64,000 bases of DNA from assembly GCA_965603825.1 (NCBI GenBank), contig CBFDEM010000056.1, positions 907,848 through 971,847 on the forward strand. The letters run 5' to 3'. This DNA comes from Blepharisma stoltei ATCC 30299. Its lineage: Eukaryota > Protista > Ciliophora. Position numbers and translations under genes: made by a program. This document shows positions 24,283-38,555 of the stretch, piece after piece. Position 1 is the first letter of the stretch. Each line of letters opens with the position of its first letter. Under the pieces are notes generated by a model. It had not been told where the DNA came from and ran no database searches. It saw nothing but the letters and a program-made list of their open reading frames with translations.

Positions 24283-25296
24283 TTATAACTCATCAGGAAT
24301 ATAAATTTGGTCACGAATTTCAAAGCCTGTAAATGACACATTGGTTCTGCGAGAATTCAATAAAGACGCTGTCACTGGCCTGCTTTTGACTGGAGGAGAG
24401 TTGTTGTGGTGCTTTATTCTCAGTTTGGCTGCGAATACTGCGTCTTTTACTTTTTGAGGGGTCTGAGGCCTTTCTGTTGGGTTTTTAGCTGGGAATAAAG
24501 ATGATACCAAAATGTCGTGCATGTTTTTAGCACTAAGACGGCCGCCGTATTTTATGTTTGGGACATCTCGCTCTTTTCTGTCATTTGTGACTCTGTATTT
24601 ACGATAGTCATCAGTTATAAGTGATTCGTCAACTTTGCTGACTGAGCATCATCTTTGCTGCCGATGGTGTGCTCTTGAATCATTTGTTGGAGTTTTTGAT
24701 AATTTTATATTTGATTTTTCCTCAGCAGATTGAGGACTTAATTCTATACGTGGATTATTAACTTTTGTACTAAAATTTCACCCAGAACTGGTTTTTCCAA
24801 CGCTCAGATTTCTCTGAGGATGGACTTCAAGCCTTTTGATGCACCCATGCTTTTTCTTAGGATTTAACGAAATTTCTTTTGGTGCTATCAAAGATGACTG
24901 AACATCATCAAGGCAATAATAATTAAAATTCTTTTTTTTAGAGTAATATCTTTGTTTCAGTTGAGATAATGAAATAGATCCTTTACAGTAATCCTGAATT
25001 AATCCAGGAAATTCACCATTAGTGATCTTATTAGCTTCTTTGTATTTTTGGTCCCATTCTAACGCAGAATAGTCAATTTTTACTTTAGGAGGCTCATAAT
25101 CATTTAATTTTATTTCAGAAATTGTTTCAGTAGATTCGCTATTTGAAGATTCAGTGTCAGTTTCTGGGGTTTTCCCTAAGTGAGGCCTTTCACTCCTTCT
25201 ATACTTAGGCTTGTAAATTTGAAGGATAACTTTCAGCAATTTTTCATGATTTCTTGACTCTTGTTGCCTAAATTTTCGATTTCTTGCTTCCATCAT
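24283..25296 (-). CDS. Hypothetical basic protein (337 aa)
   Basis: ORFs 24778-25296 and 24283-24522 join in one frame through two TGAs. Confidence 0.7.
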
Positions 25297-25419
25297 TTTG
25301 ACAAAAATATTTAAAAATCACGCTGCAAATCCTATTACAATTAAAATTTTGTATACAAAAGGCTGGAATTATAAAAAATTCTCTTTAAATAATATTGAAA
25401 ATTAACGACTTAATAAGAA

Positions 25420-26007
25420 ATGTCAAGCCCACAAATGAACGAATTTTTTGAAAACGATGGCTATTTAACACCTCCAAGAAGAGTTACTGGTAAGAAATTG
25501 AGATGGCCAAGCGCTGCTAAATCTTCAAATAAAAAAACTCCTATACAAGTTTTGATACTTAATGACATAGATGAAGATTTCTCAGGATTTTTTAATCGAA
25601 AGCCGTTATTTCCTCCTAAAGAGCCTATAGATTTAGTTCCAGACCTCCCAGATCCTGAAGAAAAACCTCAGCTAAACCCTAATTTATTTAGACTTACACC
25701 TACAAAAGTTTATTATGAAACCCCAAACCCAGAAGTTTTCCATCATCTTTCTAATAAAATCCAGTCCTCAATATCAGAAGCTTTACAAATAATTTCAGAC
25801 TTCAAAAATTCCCCTCGAAAAAAAGATGTAATAGTCCCAAATGACCGAATTGGAGGCTCCATCTATGACACTACAAATAACATGTCTCATGCTGTGCAAA
25901 ATCTCGGCCAAGTTTCCCACACCCTCAACGTTCTTGCTCACTCTATATCCAAACTATCAAAATCCTACAAAAGAAACCCAAGAATGTCCATCAGCGAGCT
26001 GTCTTAA
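25420..26007 (+). CDS. Hypothetical protein
   Basis: 195-aa ATG-to-TAA ORF in a tightly packed region. Confidence 0.7.
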   Translation: MSSPQMNEFFENDGYLTPPRRVTGKKLRWPSAAKSSNKKTPIQVLILNDIDEDFSGFFNRKPLFPPKEPIDLVPDLPDPEEKPQLNPNLFRLTPTKVYYETPNPEVFHHLSNKIQSSISEALQIISDFKNSPRKKDVIVPNDRIGGSIYDTTNNMSHAVQNLGQVSHTLNVLAHSISKLSKSYKRNPRMSISELS

Positions 26008-26029
26008 TTAAATGCATAATTAATCATGC

Positions 26030-26749
26030 TTAAAAGAAATAAGTATTAGCTAATATTACTAATAGTATATGCCCTAGAGAGGCCAATCCACATATCGCAT
26101 ACTTTTTGCTCTCTAAAACAGCATCATTTTGTATAGGAATTCACTTATAGAAAAAATAGCTTGCCCATGCACAGCCAAATATCATAGCACACCATCTGAC
26201 GATATAATGAGAAAAGATGCAAATAATTCCTGCAAATAAGAAAGGGATAAGTGAGTACCCGTATAAAGCTACCAGTTCTATCATACTAACTGAACTCCCT
26301 TCGTGACTTGCATAGCAATACCCAATTGATGGGATTAAAAAGGCCACTGAGTACATAAAGGAGGCTATTGATACCAATTTTGCACCTGCAGACTGTGAGA
26401 CCGCAGTGTCTGAAACTGAATTAGCGCTAATTGCGGCGAATAGGAATATTAAGGTTGTGGCCGTCCAAAAAGGTACGTACATATCTGGCTGCTTATTTTC
26501 GAAGAAACTCCCGTCACTTATCATGTTTACTGTGCTTTTCAGCCGAGAAAATACAGTTTGGGTGTCGACGTCGAAATAAGGCTGATAGTAAGCTAATTCT
26601 CATATTTTGTGCTTGCTGAGTTCAGATTTTATGGTTAAGGTTTCAAGCTCTGGGATTTTCTTAGGAGATGAAGCTTTTTCTTCAGCATTTTGTGGTGGGA
26701 GAGTTCCATAGGATGAAATTCCTTCTTCTTCAAGTCAGTCAGTGTTCAT
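26030..26749 (-). CDS. YIPF1: Yip1-domain Golgi protein (YIPF1/2-like)
   Basis: IW(TGA)ELAYYQPYFDVDTQTVFSRL, PDMYVPFWTATTLIF and LYGYSL; 239 aa. Confidence 0.88.
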
Positions 26750-27241
26750 TTATTAAATTATTTTTCTGATATGCATATATCCTGATCAAATAAATACAAA
26801 ATATTTTAAGTATAAAAATAAAGCTTTAAGAAGAGATTATTTTTATAGTATTTTTATTATATTATCTATAGAAAAGAAATTAAAAGATGTGAAACTTAGA
26901 GAGAAGCATATATTAACTGGAATTTTTCTAATTATTATATTTTGTTAAATGTTTTTTATATGAAAAAATTAATTAATTCATTCAATAGAAAATAGATAAT
27001 AAGGAAAATTTAAAATTTTTAATAGCACCGATGAATATCTCAATTCGCATTATCCCTTTTTTTCCAGCTAGGAATCTATCTTAATTAGCTCTATAATTTT
27101 AACTAGTTTTTCCAATAAATTTTAAATAAAAATCAATAAAAAACTGAAATACGCATATTTCTTGAAGATATTTAAAAAATTTAAAGCAGCAGTTATAGAA
27201 ATAGTTTTATAAACTCAAAATGAAGCATCGTTATAATAAAT

Positions 27242-28915
<1,674 letters not shown>

Positions 28916-29207
28916 TTAATCATTAGTACTGATTTCAGTAATTTGAATGATGGTATGGAATTAGAGGCTAGCAAGGAATGGCAAACTTTAATATTATAAT
29001 TCGTTGCTAAATTTTAATACTTTTTGCGGAATAAAATAAAAACTATATAGCAAGGGTCCATATTTATTACTCCAAAGGTATTATTCTTACTGTTGCCTTA
29101 AATTAAAATGACTTCTCTTAAACGCAAAATAAGTCCATAATAATTTCTCAAGCAGTCTTTAAAGAAATAATAAAAATTTCCTTACCTTTATATCTAATTT
29201 TTGCTAA

Positions 29208-29702
29208 TTAATGATTATAAATTCTCCCAAGCTCATTTCTTGCAAACCCAGGGTTAGTCTCTCTTATATGAAAATCATTTAACACATAATGGCTTATCCC
29301 TGCTTTATGCTTCAGCATCTTTGGCTTCTCCATTGTTCTTAAATTTGCCTCTAGAGCTCTACTAAATAATTCTTTATTTATCTCTTCCCCTCCTCCCACT
29401 GAGCTTTTTCTCAATAATGACTTTACATAGCTGACCTTTGGCGACAAACTTCTTCTATAAGGAGCTTGCTGCTTTTCTGGATTAACTTTCATAGGAGTCC
29501 CATCTCTTTTAGGGTAGTCTTGGTAAAAAGTCACACGGAAATGTGAGCTGTTAAAGCGAGTTGCATCATCAAGCTTGCTTTTTTCAGGATAATTAGGGGT
29601 CCAGAATTTGGAGACTAATTGGGTTTTCCGTGGAATTTTATTTGCAGTGAATTCTTTTAGTTTCTGGATATCTGAGAGAGGTTGTTGGACAGCTGAACTC
29701 AT
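29208..29702 (-). CDS. Hypothetical basic protein
   Basis: 164-aa ORF ending in a conserved-looking DFHIRETNPGFARNELG. Confidence 0.7.
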   Translation of the reverse strand: MSSAVQQPLSDIQKLKEFTANKIPRKTQLVSKFWTPNYPEKSKLDDATRFNSSHFRVTFYQDYPKRDGTPMKVNPEKQQAPYRRSLSPKVSYVKSLLRKSSVGGGEEINKELFSRALEANLRTMEKPKMLKHKAGISHYVLNDFHIRETNPGFARNELGRIYNH

Positions 29703-29714
29703 ATATTAAAATTA

Positions 29715-32033
29715 TTAAATTTTTATGCTTACTACACTTTCAGACAAAGTCCTCATATACCTTCTAGGGAAACTTACTTGTTCATCTATATTGTCAGTTT
29801 GGTTCCATTCAGGTCCTAGCCTAGGCGGCCTTATTTGTTTTCTTACTAATTGTTTCCAATCAGTCCCTTTAAAAAAGTCATGCTTTTTGATATCTGAAAT
29901 AGTCGGCCTTTTTGCTGGGTTTCTATTCATGCAGAGTATAATTAAATTCTTTGCTTCTTCGCTTACAAAGGAAGGAAACGTAAGTTTAGCCGTTTTTATA
30001 TTTTTATATAAAATCTGTGTGTCTTCATTATAATAAGGAGGGATCCCAGTAAGCATTTCATATAGCAGCGACCCTAAACTATATATATCAATAGCTTGAT
30101 AAATCCCTTGTTTATGCAGTGTTTCTGGCGCCATATAAGCAGGCGCTCCACAAAAAGTTTTTGTGGGATTTGTGTCACTAACGTTTTCTTTGGCCAGATA
30201 AAAATTTGCAATCCTAATATGTCCAGGGGCGTCAATATAAATTGATTCAGGCTTGAGTCCTCTATATACAATATCGTGCTTATGTAAAAAGCTTAACGCA
30301 AGGACTGTCTCTGCTAAATAAAATTTTGCAGTGTCTTCATCAAGCCTTTTCCTTAAATCTAAATGGTTTCTGATAGTCCCATTAGGACAGTGCTCAAGAA
30401 TGAGGTACAAATAGTTTGAGGATTGATAAGACTTGTACATTAAAATGATAAAGGGATGCTTTATTTTTTTTAGGACGCTGTACTCGGATAAGGCAAATTT
30501 TATGCTGTTCATGTTTTGGAGGAAGGTTTTATTGAACATTTTTAAGGTGTAGACATTGCCATCTGACACCCTAGCAAGCTTATAAAGGCGTCCGAGCTGC
30601 TCTACACCGATTTCTTCGACGATTTCGTAGTTGCGGTCTGGCGAAGAGTCATCTTCCATCATACGATTTAAGGCAGACAAAGGTTCGTCTTCTTCAACTT
30701 TTATAGGAGAATTTGTAAAAATTCTTGGTAACTCATATTCGTCATTATCAGACTCTCGAGTAATCGTTACAAAATGTATAGGATTTTTATTGGTCGGACT
30801 TCCCTTAAAATTCCTTTTTTGTCAATAATTGACAGCGTCTTTAATTCTATTAGTCCATTGTTCAATTACTTCAGGGTAGCATGAGTTATATTTCAGCTTA
30901 ACAGAGTTCGCCACAACCATCATATAGTAATAACTTCTATTAAAGCCTTTATTTGATGAATTTTTTATAGCTGTAACCTCTTCAAGAAGCACTGAAAATC
31001 TAGGCTCTTCGTTATCTAGGAAACTTTCACGGGTTTTATAATGATATAAAAAGGCTTCTTCTACGTCTAAAACTAGAAATACTTGTTTATCTGTCAAAAA
31101 CATTGGGGTGTGAAAATAAATCATCCCAGAAAAACTTGGAGGCATGTCAGGGTCCTTTATTTTTGAATTTGTGTATTTCTTAAGCATCTGCTCGCCCATA
31201 TACTTTGGAATTTCTTCCAAAATTGCAGGCTTCAAAGCCAATTCCAAAGGAATTTTCCCATTAGGGTCTTCAATTGTCATTGATGCACCATTTTCAATTA
31301 GCAACACTACGACTGCAGTTTCGCCTGAGGCGCATGCTAAATGTAGCGCGGTACCTCTGTTTTCTGTCATTTTATCAATATCTACAGAAGGATATGATAA
31401 TAATGTTTTCACACACTCAAAATGTCCATGTAGCGAGCACAGCTGAAGAGGGGTCCAACCATCCTCAGTTTCTCTATTTACATTGACTCTTCAGCTCAAA
31501 AGAGCTTTGAGTATCTCTAAGTTACCGTTCAAGCAAACATAATGGATGCACCTTCATCCAGTTGTAAATGGCTTGTTCAAAAATGTGGTAATTTCGCCTT
31601 TAGGTACTTTGTATGACTGGCTTGCTTTGAATTTGTCTATTATGTCTGATAGCTGCTCAACTGTGCCACGTTTGCAAACCTATTTAAACCATACGCTGAT
31701 AGCTTGAGGTAAAAGATATGAATCAATTGTTCTCCGCTTTGTGTATTTTTCTACTAAAAGCTCTTGTGTGTTTGTGTCAGCATTTTCTTTTAAGTGAGAA
31801 ATCTCAACAAGGACACAAGAGCCGTTGGCTAAACCAAAAAAGCTGCAAAGCCAGCCTTCTACTATCATAACTTTGATATGGCAAATGTAAGTATAAAGCT
31901 TCAAACGGTTTGAGTTTATGTGAGCCTGATCTTCTATAAGCTGCTTCAGCTGAGAAACTGTGGCGTCAAGAGGGAGAGATATAGAACAGAAAATGACCTG
32001 GGGGTTGTCGTGGGCTCGTAATACAATATCCAT
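29715..32033 (-). CDS. Ubiquitin-like + ankyrin repeats + PH-like + AGC-type pseudokinase (intron 31680-31694; about 767 aa)
   Basis: Three ORFs join via one 15-nt intron and TGAs. Ankyrin repeats GW(TGA)RCIHY, GWTPLQL, GTALHLA; kinase fold with TFCGAPAYMAPE. Confidence 0.88.
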
Positions 32034-32962
32034 TTTATTATGCAGGAGATAAATTTAAATAAAGTTTCAGGCGAGTAAATTAGGAAAAGCTTTACATTAA
32101 TTTTAGGATGAGCAAGTAATGAAGAAGCTGGATTTAAATTATATTAAAAATTAATTTGGTAATATAGCAATTAGTTGTAGAGTTATATGGGAGCAGAGCC
32201 TCTTAGTATATAAATTTAGGAGTATTTTAGTAATAATAATTAAAAAATAAATGAAATAAGTGGACTTTTAGATATTGATTAATGTAGCTGAAATAGATTA
32301 AGTTCATTTTTAAATAAAAATAAATGAGAAAAGAGTTCTTTGCAACCTAAAAATGGCACGAAACTTAAGTTATATAATAGCTGCCAGAATGCTATAATAT
32401 ACTATATGCATATTATATTGATCTATAATCATCTTATAAAGTATCAGATATACTGTAAAGAAATTATCAAAAGAAGCACTATAATAAGCTACAAAAAGTT
32501 TTTAGCCCAGTACTAGCTTTCAAGCCAAAGGCTATTATAAGAAATTTTTAGTGATTTAAAGCAGCGTTGTCAGATGGGGCTTATGCACTTATCTTATAAT
32601 TGAAAAAATTAATAAAAGACTCATTCAGACTCAGAATATTTTAAGTAATATGCAGTTTATAAAAAAATTAAATCCTGCAGAGATCTAAACAAACTTATAA
32701 CAGAGCTTTCTTATCATAGTTTGTTGATAAAGAAAATAAGCTGCTTAGAACGAAATTTCCCCCTAAAAATCCCAGCTGAAACGCCGATTAATATTTGTAA
32801 CAGCCAAAACATATCTTTTTATCTTTAAGCTAAAATAAATCCATCAATAATAAAAAACGCTGCATATTCCTAACAAAAACAAAAAAGAAACGCACTTCAA
32901 GCAGAATGTAATAGTTTGCAGCAAAAAAAACAAGAAATGGCTTTAATAATTTTAAATAAAAT

Positions 32963-34057
32963 ATGAGTTCAGCAGAATTTCCTATCGAAGCAACCAAATC
33001 TCAAGGCTCAAATAAAGTAAGCCCTGAATTTGCTCAGTTTTTGCAGCAATCAGAAGGAGAAGTTGAAAAAACAAAGTTTATGATGTTTAGAGGCGACAAA
33101 TCGCCGAATTCTGATTCTGTGGGTGACTCACTTACAAAGTTTAATTCTGGAGATGGATTGACTGACTTTCGAAATATAAATATTCACCCTAGGTTTGAAT
33201 CTTCCTCATTCCAAATCCACGAAAAAATTGTAAAAATCATATAGGAAACAATAAAAGAAGCTCCTATAGAATACTACGAATCCATTCTATATGATTTGTG
33301 TAGGCGTTACAATTTAGAATTATTCTCAAAAAAAATAACCACAAAGTGCATTGAAATTTTTCATCACATTTATAGGCTAAAAGCTGAAGAAGAGGAATTA
33401 TCGCCTAATGAAGTTTCTCAGCTAAACATGCATTTTGAAGATGTCTTGACCTCTTTTCCTAAGATTTTTCAAGAGTATGAATTATTTAAAGAGACTTTAA
33501 GCTTGGCCTCAGCACTTGCTGTAAAATGGGGAATAGCTAACATAGATCATTATTCATATAGATTGACTGGAAGATCAATGAACATTAAGATGCTTGATTT
33601 ACGGGAAATCAACAAAAATTTATTCACATGCGAAACTATTTGGATAGGGACTATGATAAAGCAAGATCCTTTTGTAAAAATCGCTGATGACCAGATCGCT
33701 CAATACGCTTATTTGCTCTTACAAGTAGTGACAAAGCTAGTAAACTCAATATTATCCTTAAACCAACACTGTAACCTCAACAATACCCCTACTATCGCAG
33801 GTCTTGTTGCTTCAAAAAATCCTAAAGTCACAAGATTCAGTGGAGTTGAGCCTAACTACGACGCTGAAGTGGTGGCTTATCAAAGACTGAAGCTTAATCG
33901 AGGAATTTTAAGTTTCTGCGTAAAAGACAGAGACTTAAAAACCATAAGAGAAATCAAAAGCTTATTAGAAGATTTTGAAAACGTTTATCGACAATTTGAA
34001 CAGTCTTTGATGGTAAACATTTTAAGTATGTCAAAACACGCAAAAGATGTTGTATAG
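32963..34057 (+). CDS. Hypothetical protein (intron 33230-33244)
   Basis: GTAAAAATCATATAG joins two ORFs in frame. Confidence 0.75.
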
Positions 34058-34107
34058 AATATCCTTTTAATAAGTAGTAATGTTTGTTAAAATATTCGTT
34101 TTATATA

Positions 34108-35283
34108 ATGGCATCGCCTTATCTGACATCTGATGGAGCAAGACACCTCCAGAAGTACACCTACACTGGTACAGATAACTCTATTTTTTATAGTTTGATA
34201 TTATCACCACTATCAAATGCTTTAATCCAAGGAACACCTACATGGATATCGTAATTTTTATGTAGCCCTAACATGGTACTGGTTATCTAGATTACAATGC
34301 TAGGCGTGAATGCATTATTATTAATTTACGTCTCCACCTCCCTTCATTGTGGGTCAAGCTTATCATGCCGACTTCCAGACTCAGTCTCATTGATCTGCAC
34401 AATGCTCTATTTCGCATGGGTTGTATTTGATAACATGGACGGCAAGCAAGCAAGAAGGACTCAGTCATCAACTCCATTAGGACTCATTTATGACCGTCAG
34501 TCAGATGCTATAGAAGCTACTGTTATGTCGACTTTCTTTGGAATCCTCTCACTCTATGGAAACTCGCCATATACAATTGCCATATGGACCATTGCAATGA
34601 TAGGATGCTATTTTGAGAACTGGGAAGCCTGCTATACTGGTTCATATAGTTCTTCAAGCAACAAGCCACTTTTTATTGGAATTCTTGCATTAACCTGTGC
34701 TATGTTTAGCCCTGAATTCTTTACGACAACTATGGTACTACAGACCGAAATTCGCGCTTTAGCCCTTTGTGTTTTTTGCAGCTGGGTAACTATAGAAGTC
34801 TCAATCAGGTAAAAACTACACAGAATCTTCAACGTTCTTATGAAATCTGATAAAAAAACTGACGCTTTCATGAGTTTAGGCTCCTTATTTTACCTAATCT
34901 TCTGTGTAGCCGTCATCTTTGTGTTTTCTCCTTCAGGGCTAGCCTATACTGGCACAAGAGAAGTCATTTTATTTTTAGGGTTTATTTTTGCTAGAGAAAT
35001 GGGATTTTTCCAGATAGCTCATATAAGTGATACAGAATATGAGCCTTTGAACACCCCAAATTTCGCATTGCTTTCTTTTTTTATGTTTAATACATCATGT
35101 CATGCGTGGGGATTCCCATTGTTTGATGAGTATAATTTACTATTGGTTTTGACAATTTTGGCAGGCCTAAGCTACATTCATTTTATATACTCAGTTACAC
35201 ATGAAATTACGAAAGAGCTGAATATCCCAATTCTTACAAATTTGCGTAAGTTTTATGTAGAGAGAAAAGTTCAGTCAGTTTAA
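34108..35283 (+). CDS. Choline/ethanolamine phosphotransferase (CDP-alcohol phosphotransferase; introns 34251-34265, 34276-34290, 34809-34823)
   Basis: LQKYTYTGTDNS, spliced WISPNMITMLG, and the CDP-AP motif DNMDGKQARRT..PLG..D...D. Confidence 0.92.
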
Positions 35284-35347
35284 TAACTAATAGGTAAAAA
35301 TAATTTAAGGATTTGGGAATTATTATAATATATTATGTTTTTAACAC

Positions 35348-35938
35348 TTATATGTGCAAATATAGCACATGGGATCTTATAAATGCCCAGTTTTGGAATG
35401 TCATGGTTCCTAGTGAGCTTTCATTAGAAGAATATTCTGACTCTTCAGAAACTTCTGTGTCTGTAATGCTTTGTATTTCTGAGTCTAGTCCCATTAAACT
35501 GCTAACAAAGGATTCATCGTTGTTTTTATGAATTAAAGATATGTTTGGGTGATCCATAATTTTATAATCAATGCTTCTCATCATATAAGACTTGGATAGA
35601 GAGTCCGATATCGATAAATTGGAAAGGTCAACACTTGATAATAAATTAGACATTTTCAGATTCTCGTCCTTGGCTTCCTGAATTCTTGATTTAAAGCTTC
35701 TGAGGATCTTTTCTTGTCCTTCAAGCATATTCTTGATTTCAGAAACTTGAGCTTTTAGCTTGAAAATTTCAGCATCCTCTTTAATTTCATTAGATGAATG
35801 GATTGGGGATGAAATCTGCTTAAAATCTACGGCTGTTGTGGACTCTGAAAAGTTGTTAAACTTATAGTCAGAGCTTGGCAAATATTTTTCTTCCAGATCT
35901 AGGATATGGCTTTGCGTTGATCTTTGATCTGTGTCCAT
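35348..35938 (-). CDS. Hypothetical coiled-coil protein
   Basis: 196-aa ATG-to-TAA ORF. Confidence 0.7.
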   Translation of the reverse strand: MDTDQRSTQSHILDLEEKYLPSSDYKFNNFSESTTAVDFKQISSPIHSSNEIKEDAEIFKLKAQVSEIKNMLEGQEKILRSFKSRIQEAKDENLKMSNLLSSVDLSNLSISDSLSKSYMMRSIDYKIMDHPNISLIHKNNDESFVSSLMGLDSEIQSITDTEVSEESEYSSNESSLGTMTFQNWAFIRSHVLYLHI

Positions 35939-36304
35939 AATTTTAATTAATATTCAGAGAAATTGCCAAATCTAGAAATACTAATGCTTTTCCTAATATA
36001 AAAGGCAAGCCAAAGACAGTTTTTTTAAACAAATTCTGATGATCGAAGCCAAATTAAAAATAATATTAATGATCTAGCATTGGCAACACAAATTTTTTAA
36101 ACGAATTATGATTAAAGATATTTTCATTTGATTTAGAAGTATAATTTTAATTAATATTCTGAGAAATTGCCTAATATAGAAATACTAATGGCTTTTTCTA
36201 GCTTAGTTAAAGTCTGTCAGTTTTATAAAACAGTTTTTGATTAATTGAAGCCAATTATATTAAAATAATATAAATGACAAGCATTGGAAAAACGAACTAT
36301 GATT
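35937..36304. repeat. Diverged tandem duplication (about 35937-36112 vs 36141-36304) of a divergent promoter and the first codons of the FBA-like gene
   Basis: ataattttaattaatattc(a/t)gagaaattgcc..tagaaatactaatg occurs twice. The copies end aatgatctagcattgg..aaacgaattatgatt and aatgacaagcattgg..aaacgaactatgatt. Confidence 0.8.
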
Positions 36305-37014
36305 TGATGATAATTCCATTCCGCAGAGCTGCAGAATTTCTAGATTTAGAATCAACCCGAAATTTGCTGCTTTTAAACAAATTTATCTCAAAATCGCTCT
36401 ACTCAAATGACTTTGCAAGCATAATTGTCCCGAAAATTTTAAAAAACTTCTATGAAGAGCAAGAAAATATTCTTGATTCTTACTCGCAAAAATTTTCACC
36501 TGTGTTCAGCTATAAAGATATTTTGAATAATATAAGGAAATCGACAAATCTTATTGTGAATCCTTTTGGGTTGGATGGATTGAATAAGTGAATTATTGAA
36601 GAGAGTGAAGATAATTGGCAGACTATACGAGATGCAGACTTATCATCTTGGCCCAGGAATAAAGGAGTATGCTTTGCTATATCTGGCTCAGGATCTTTGA
36701 AGCAAACTATTAAATTTAAGCAAAATTTGAAAGAGCCAATCCTGTGATTTGGGGCTATTATTATTCCCAACCAATATACAAACGGAACTTTAAAATGTTC
36801 TTTTATTAATGATGACGGAACAATGCATCAGGAAACAACAGAACACTCAAAATTATTCGAGTCCTCAAATCCAATCGAAAAATTTGATTGTATAGCCAAA
36901 ATTCCTAAGCACACAGTAGGTGCTGAGATTGCTGTTTCACTCTCGAATAATTCCTATGGGATCCGAATTGGTTATATTTTTGCCAGGATTTTTGAAACAA
37001 GTATAAATGCTTAA
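36274..37014 (+). CDS. F-box-associated (FBA/Fbs sugar-binding-like) domain protein
   Basis: TNLIVNPFGLDGLNKW(TGA)..DNW..CFAIS..LKQTI resembles the FBA N-terminal motif; the ORFs join in frame. Confidence 0.65.
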
Positions 37015-37209
37015 CTTTTATCTAATTTATTTTATATAAAAATTATTTATAGCACTCCTGCAAATCTCTATAATTTAGAATATCGCCTATCTGTCTCAAA
37101 TCCTTAAATTCTAATAACTTAACCGAAATTTTAAATTATTTTTGCCAATTATATTTTTTCATCAAAAATTACTAATCTCTGCACATTTTTTAAATCTGAT
37201 TATGACTTA

Positions 37210-38088
37210 ATGGAATCGCCCAGGCATTGATACTGCTTACTAGGTGAACTTTTGATCAAGGCAATCGAAGGTATCCTCTCTTTTCGAATTTTTCATCCAG
37301 AGCTACACAGATCTCGTTCAACTGACCAAAACATTGTTCTACAAACGCAAATAAATGAGTTTTCAGGCATCAGAGAATCTGATATTGTCTGCACAATAGA
37401 CAACCCTTGGTCATTTTGCCTTAATATTCTATTGGATGGAACACAAATAGAGCAATGACAATTTTCCTTCAATATAATGTAGGATCTATACAGAGATAAA
37501 CACCCATTCACAGATATTTACACACAAGCTTCAGTTGCTCTGCGGTCAATTCTGGTTCTGGCACAGATTTTGCCAGGATTTGCATTGTTTAGGAAAAGGA
37601 AACTTATAACGTATAGCTTAAGAGAGGCTTCTGATTGAAGCCATCACCAAAAAGACAAATATAGGTTAACTTTATTGAAATGCCCTGCTGGAAGTTTATA
37701 TGTAGAAGTTAAGTATAATAGGACCCCAGAAGTGCTCCCTCTGCCTAGAGTTCCTGGGATTCATGGAGCTAGCACTCCACCAGCTATAGAGTGGGCTTGC
37801 ATTTCAACTCCAGCTTCACCAGAGCTAAGATCTATTAGTCCACCTTATAGTCCATTAGGGGAAAATATTCTTGACGATTCTATTGAAATTTTGCCAGAGT
37901 TTTTGCTAGACCCAAAACCAAATGAGAAATTTGAAGGGAAAAAGCGAAGGGAAAATTATGACTGCTCTCTTGACGCTGAATGCCAAAATATTATGAAGAA
38001 TATTGACTCAATTTTGCAAGAAATTCAAGAAACAGAAGAAGTTTTGAAGAATTATTATTATTTTTTAGGGATGTTTTATAAAGATTAA
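37210..38088 (+). CDS. ATG13: Autophagy protein ATG13-like (HORMA domain plus disordered tail; intron 37479-37493)
   Basis: KAIEGILSFRI, IEQW(TGA), IYTQASVALRSILVLAQILPGFALF and CPAGSLYVEVKY, followed by an S/P-rich tail. Confidence 0.75.
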
Positions 38089-38555
38089 ATTTCAACTGTT
38101 TTTTAAGGCTATGAATTAAAATTATCGATTTATAAAGACTAAGGAAACAAACCATAATTAAATGAGCCTCCATTTACTCATTTCAATCATGAATAATTTT
38201 ATACTCGCTCAGGAAGCAGGAATTATTTTATTTTTACCCTATTCAATAGAAATTAGAGACTGGAAAATAGTGCTCTCGATTATATATTAAGTACGCGCTG
38301 TTTCTGCAAAACTAAGTGCTCATATAAATTATTGCATTTGCGAAGAGCAGTTCTCATATTTATTTTTTCAAAATTAAAATTTAAGAATAATTGATTTAGA
38401 AAAGAATATATAAGCATTAATTCCGAAAAAAAAAGACGATTGGAAAATCCGAACACATATAAAGCAATAGTATTCGTAGGTTTAAGCTTTATTATCATGT
38501 TCATTTATAAAGCTCGAGTTTTATTTCAATCCTCATAAGTGCATTTTATGTTTCT

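Noticed and set aside
32568-32585. CAGATGGGGCTTA resembling RNase MRP CR-V
   Set aside because: No upstream GAAAGTCCCC-type partner for helix P4 was found, and the surroundings are AT-rich.
34266-34273. The micro-exon contains CCCTAACA, one telomere unit
   Set aside because: It encodes the conserved (S)PNM motif, and a single 8-mer is expected by chance in 62 kb.
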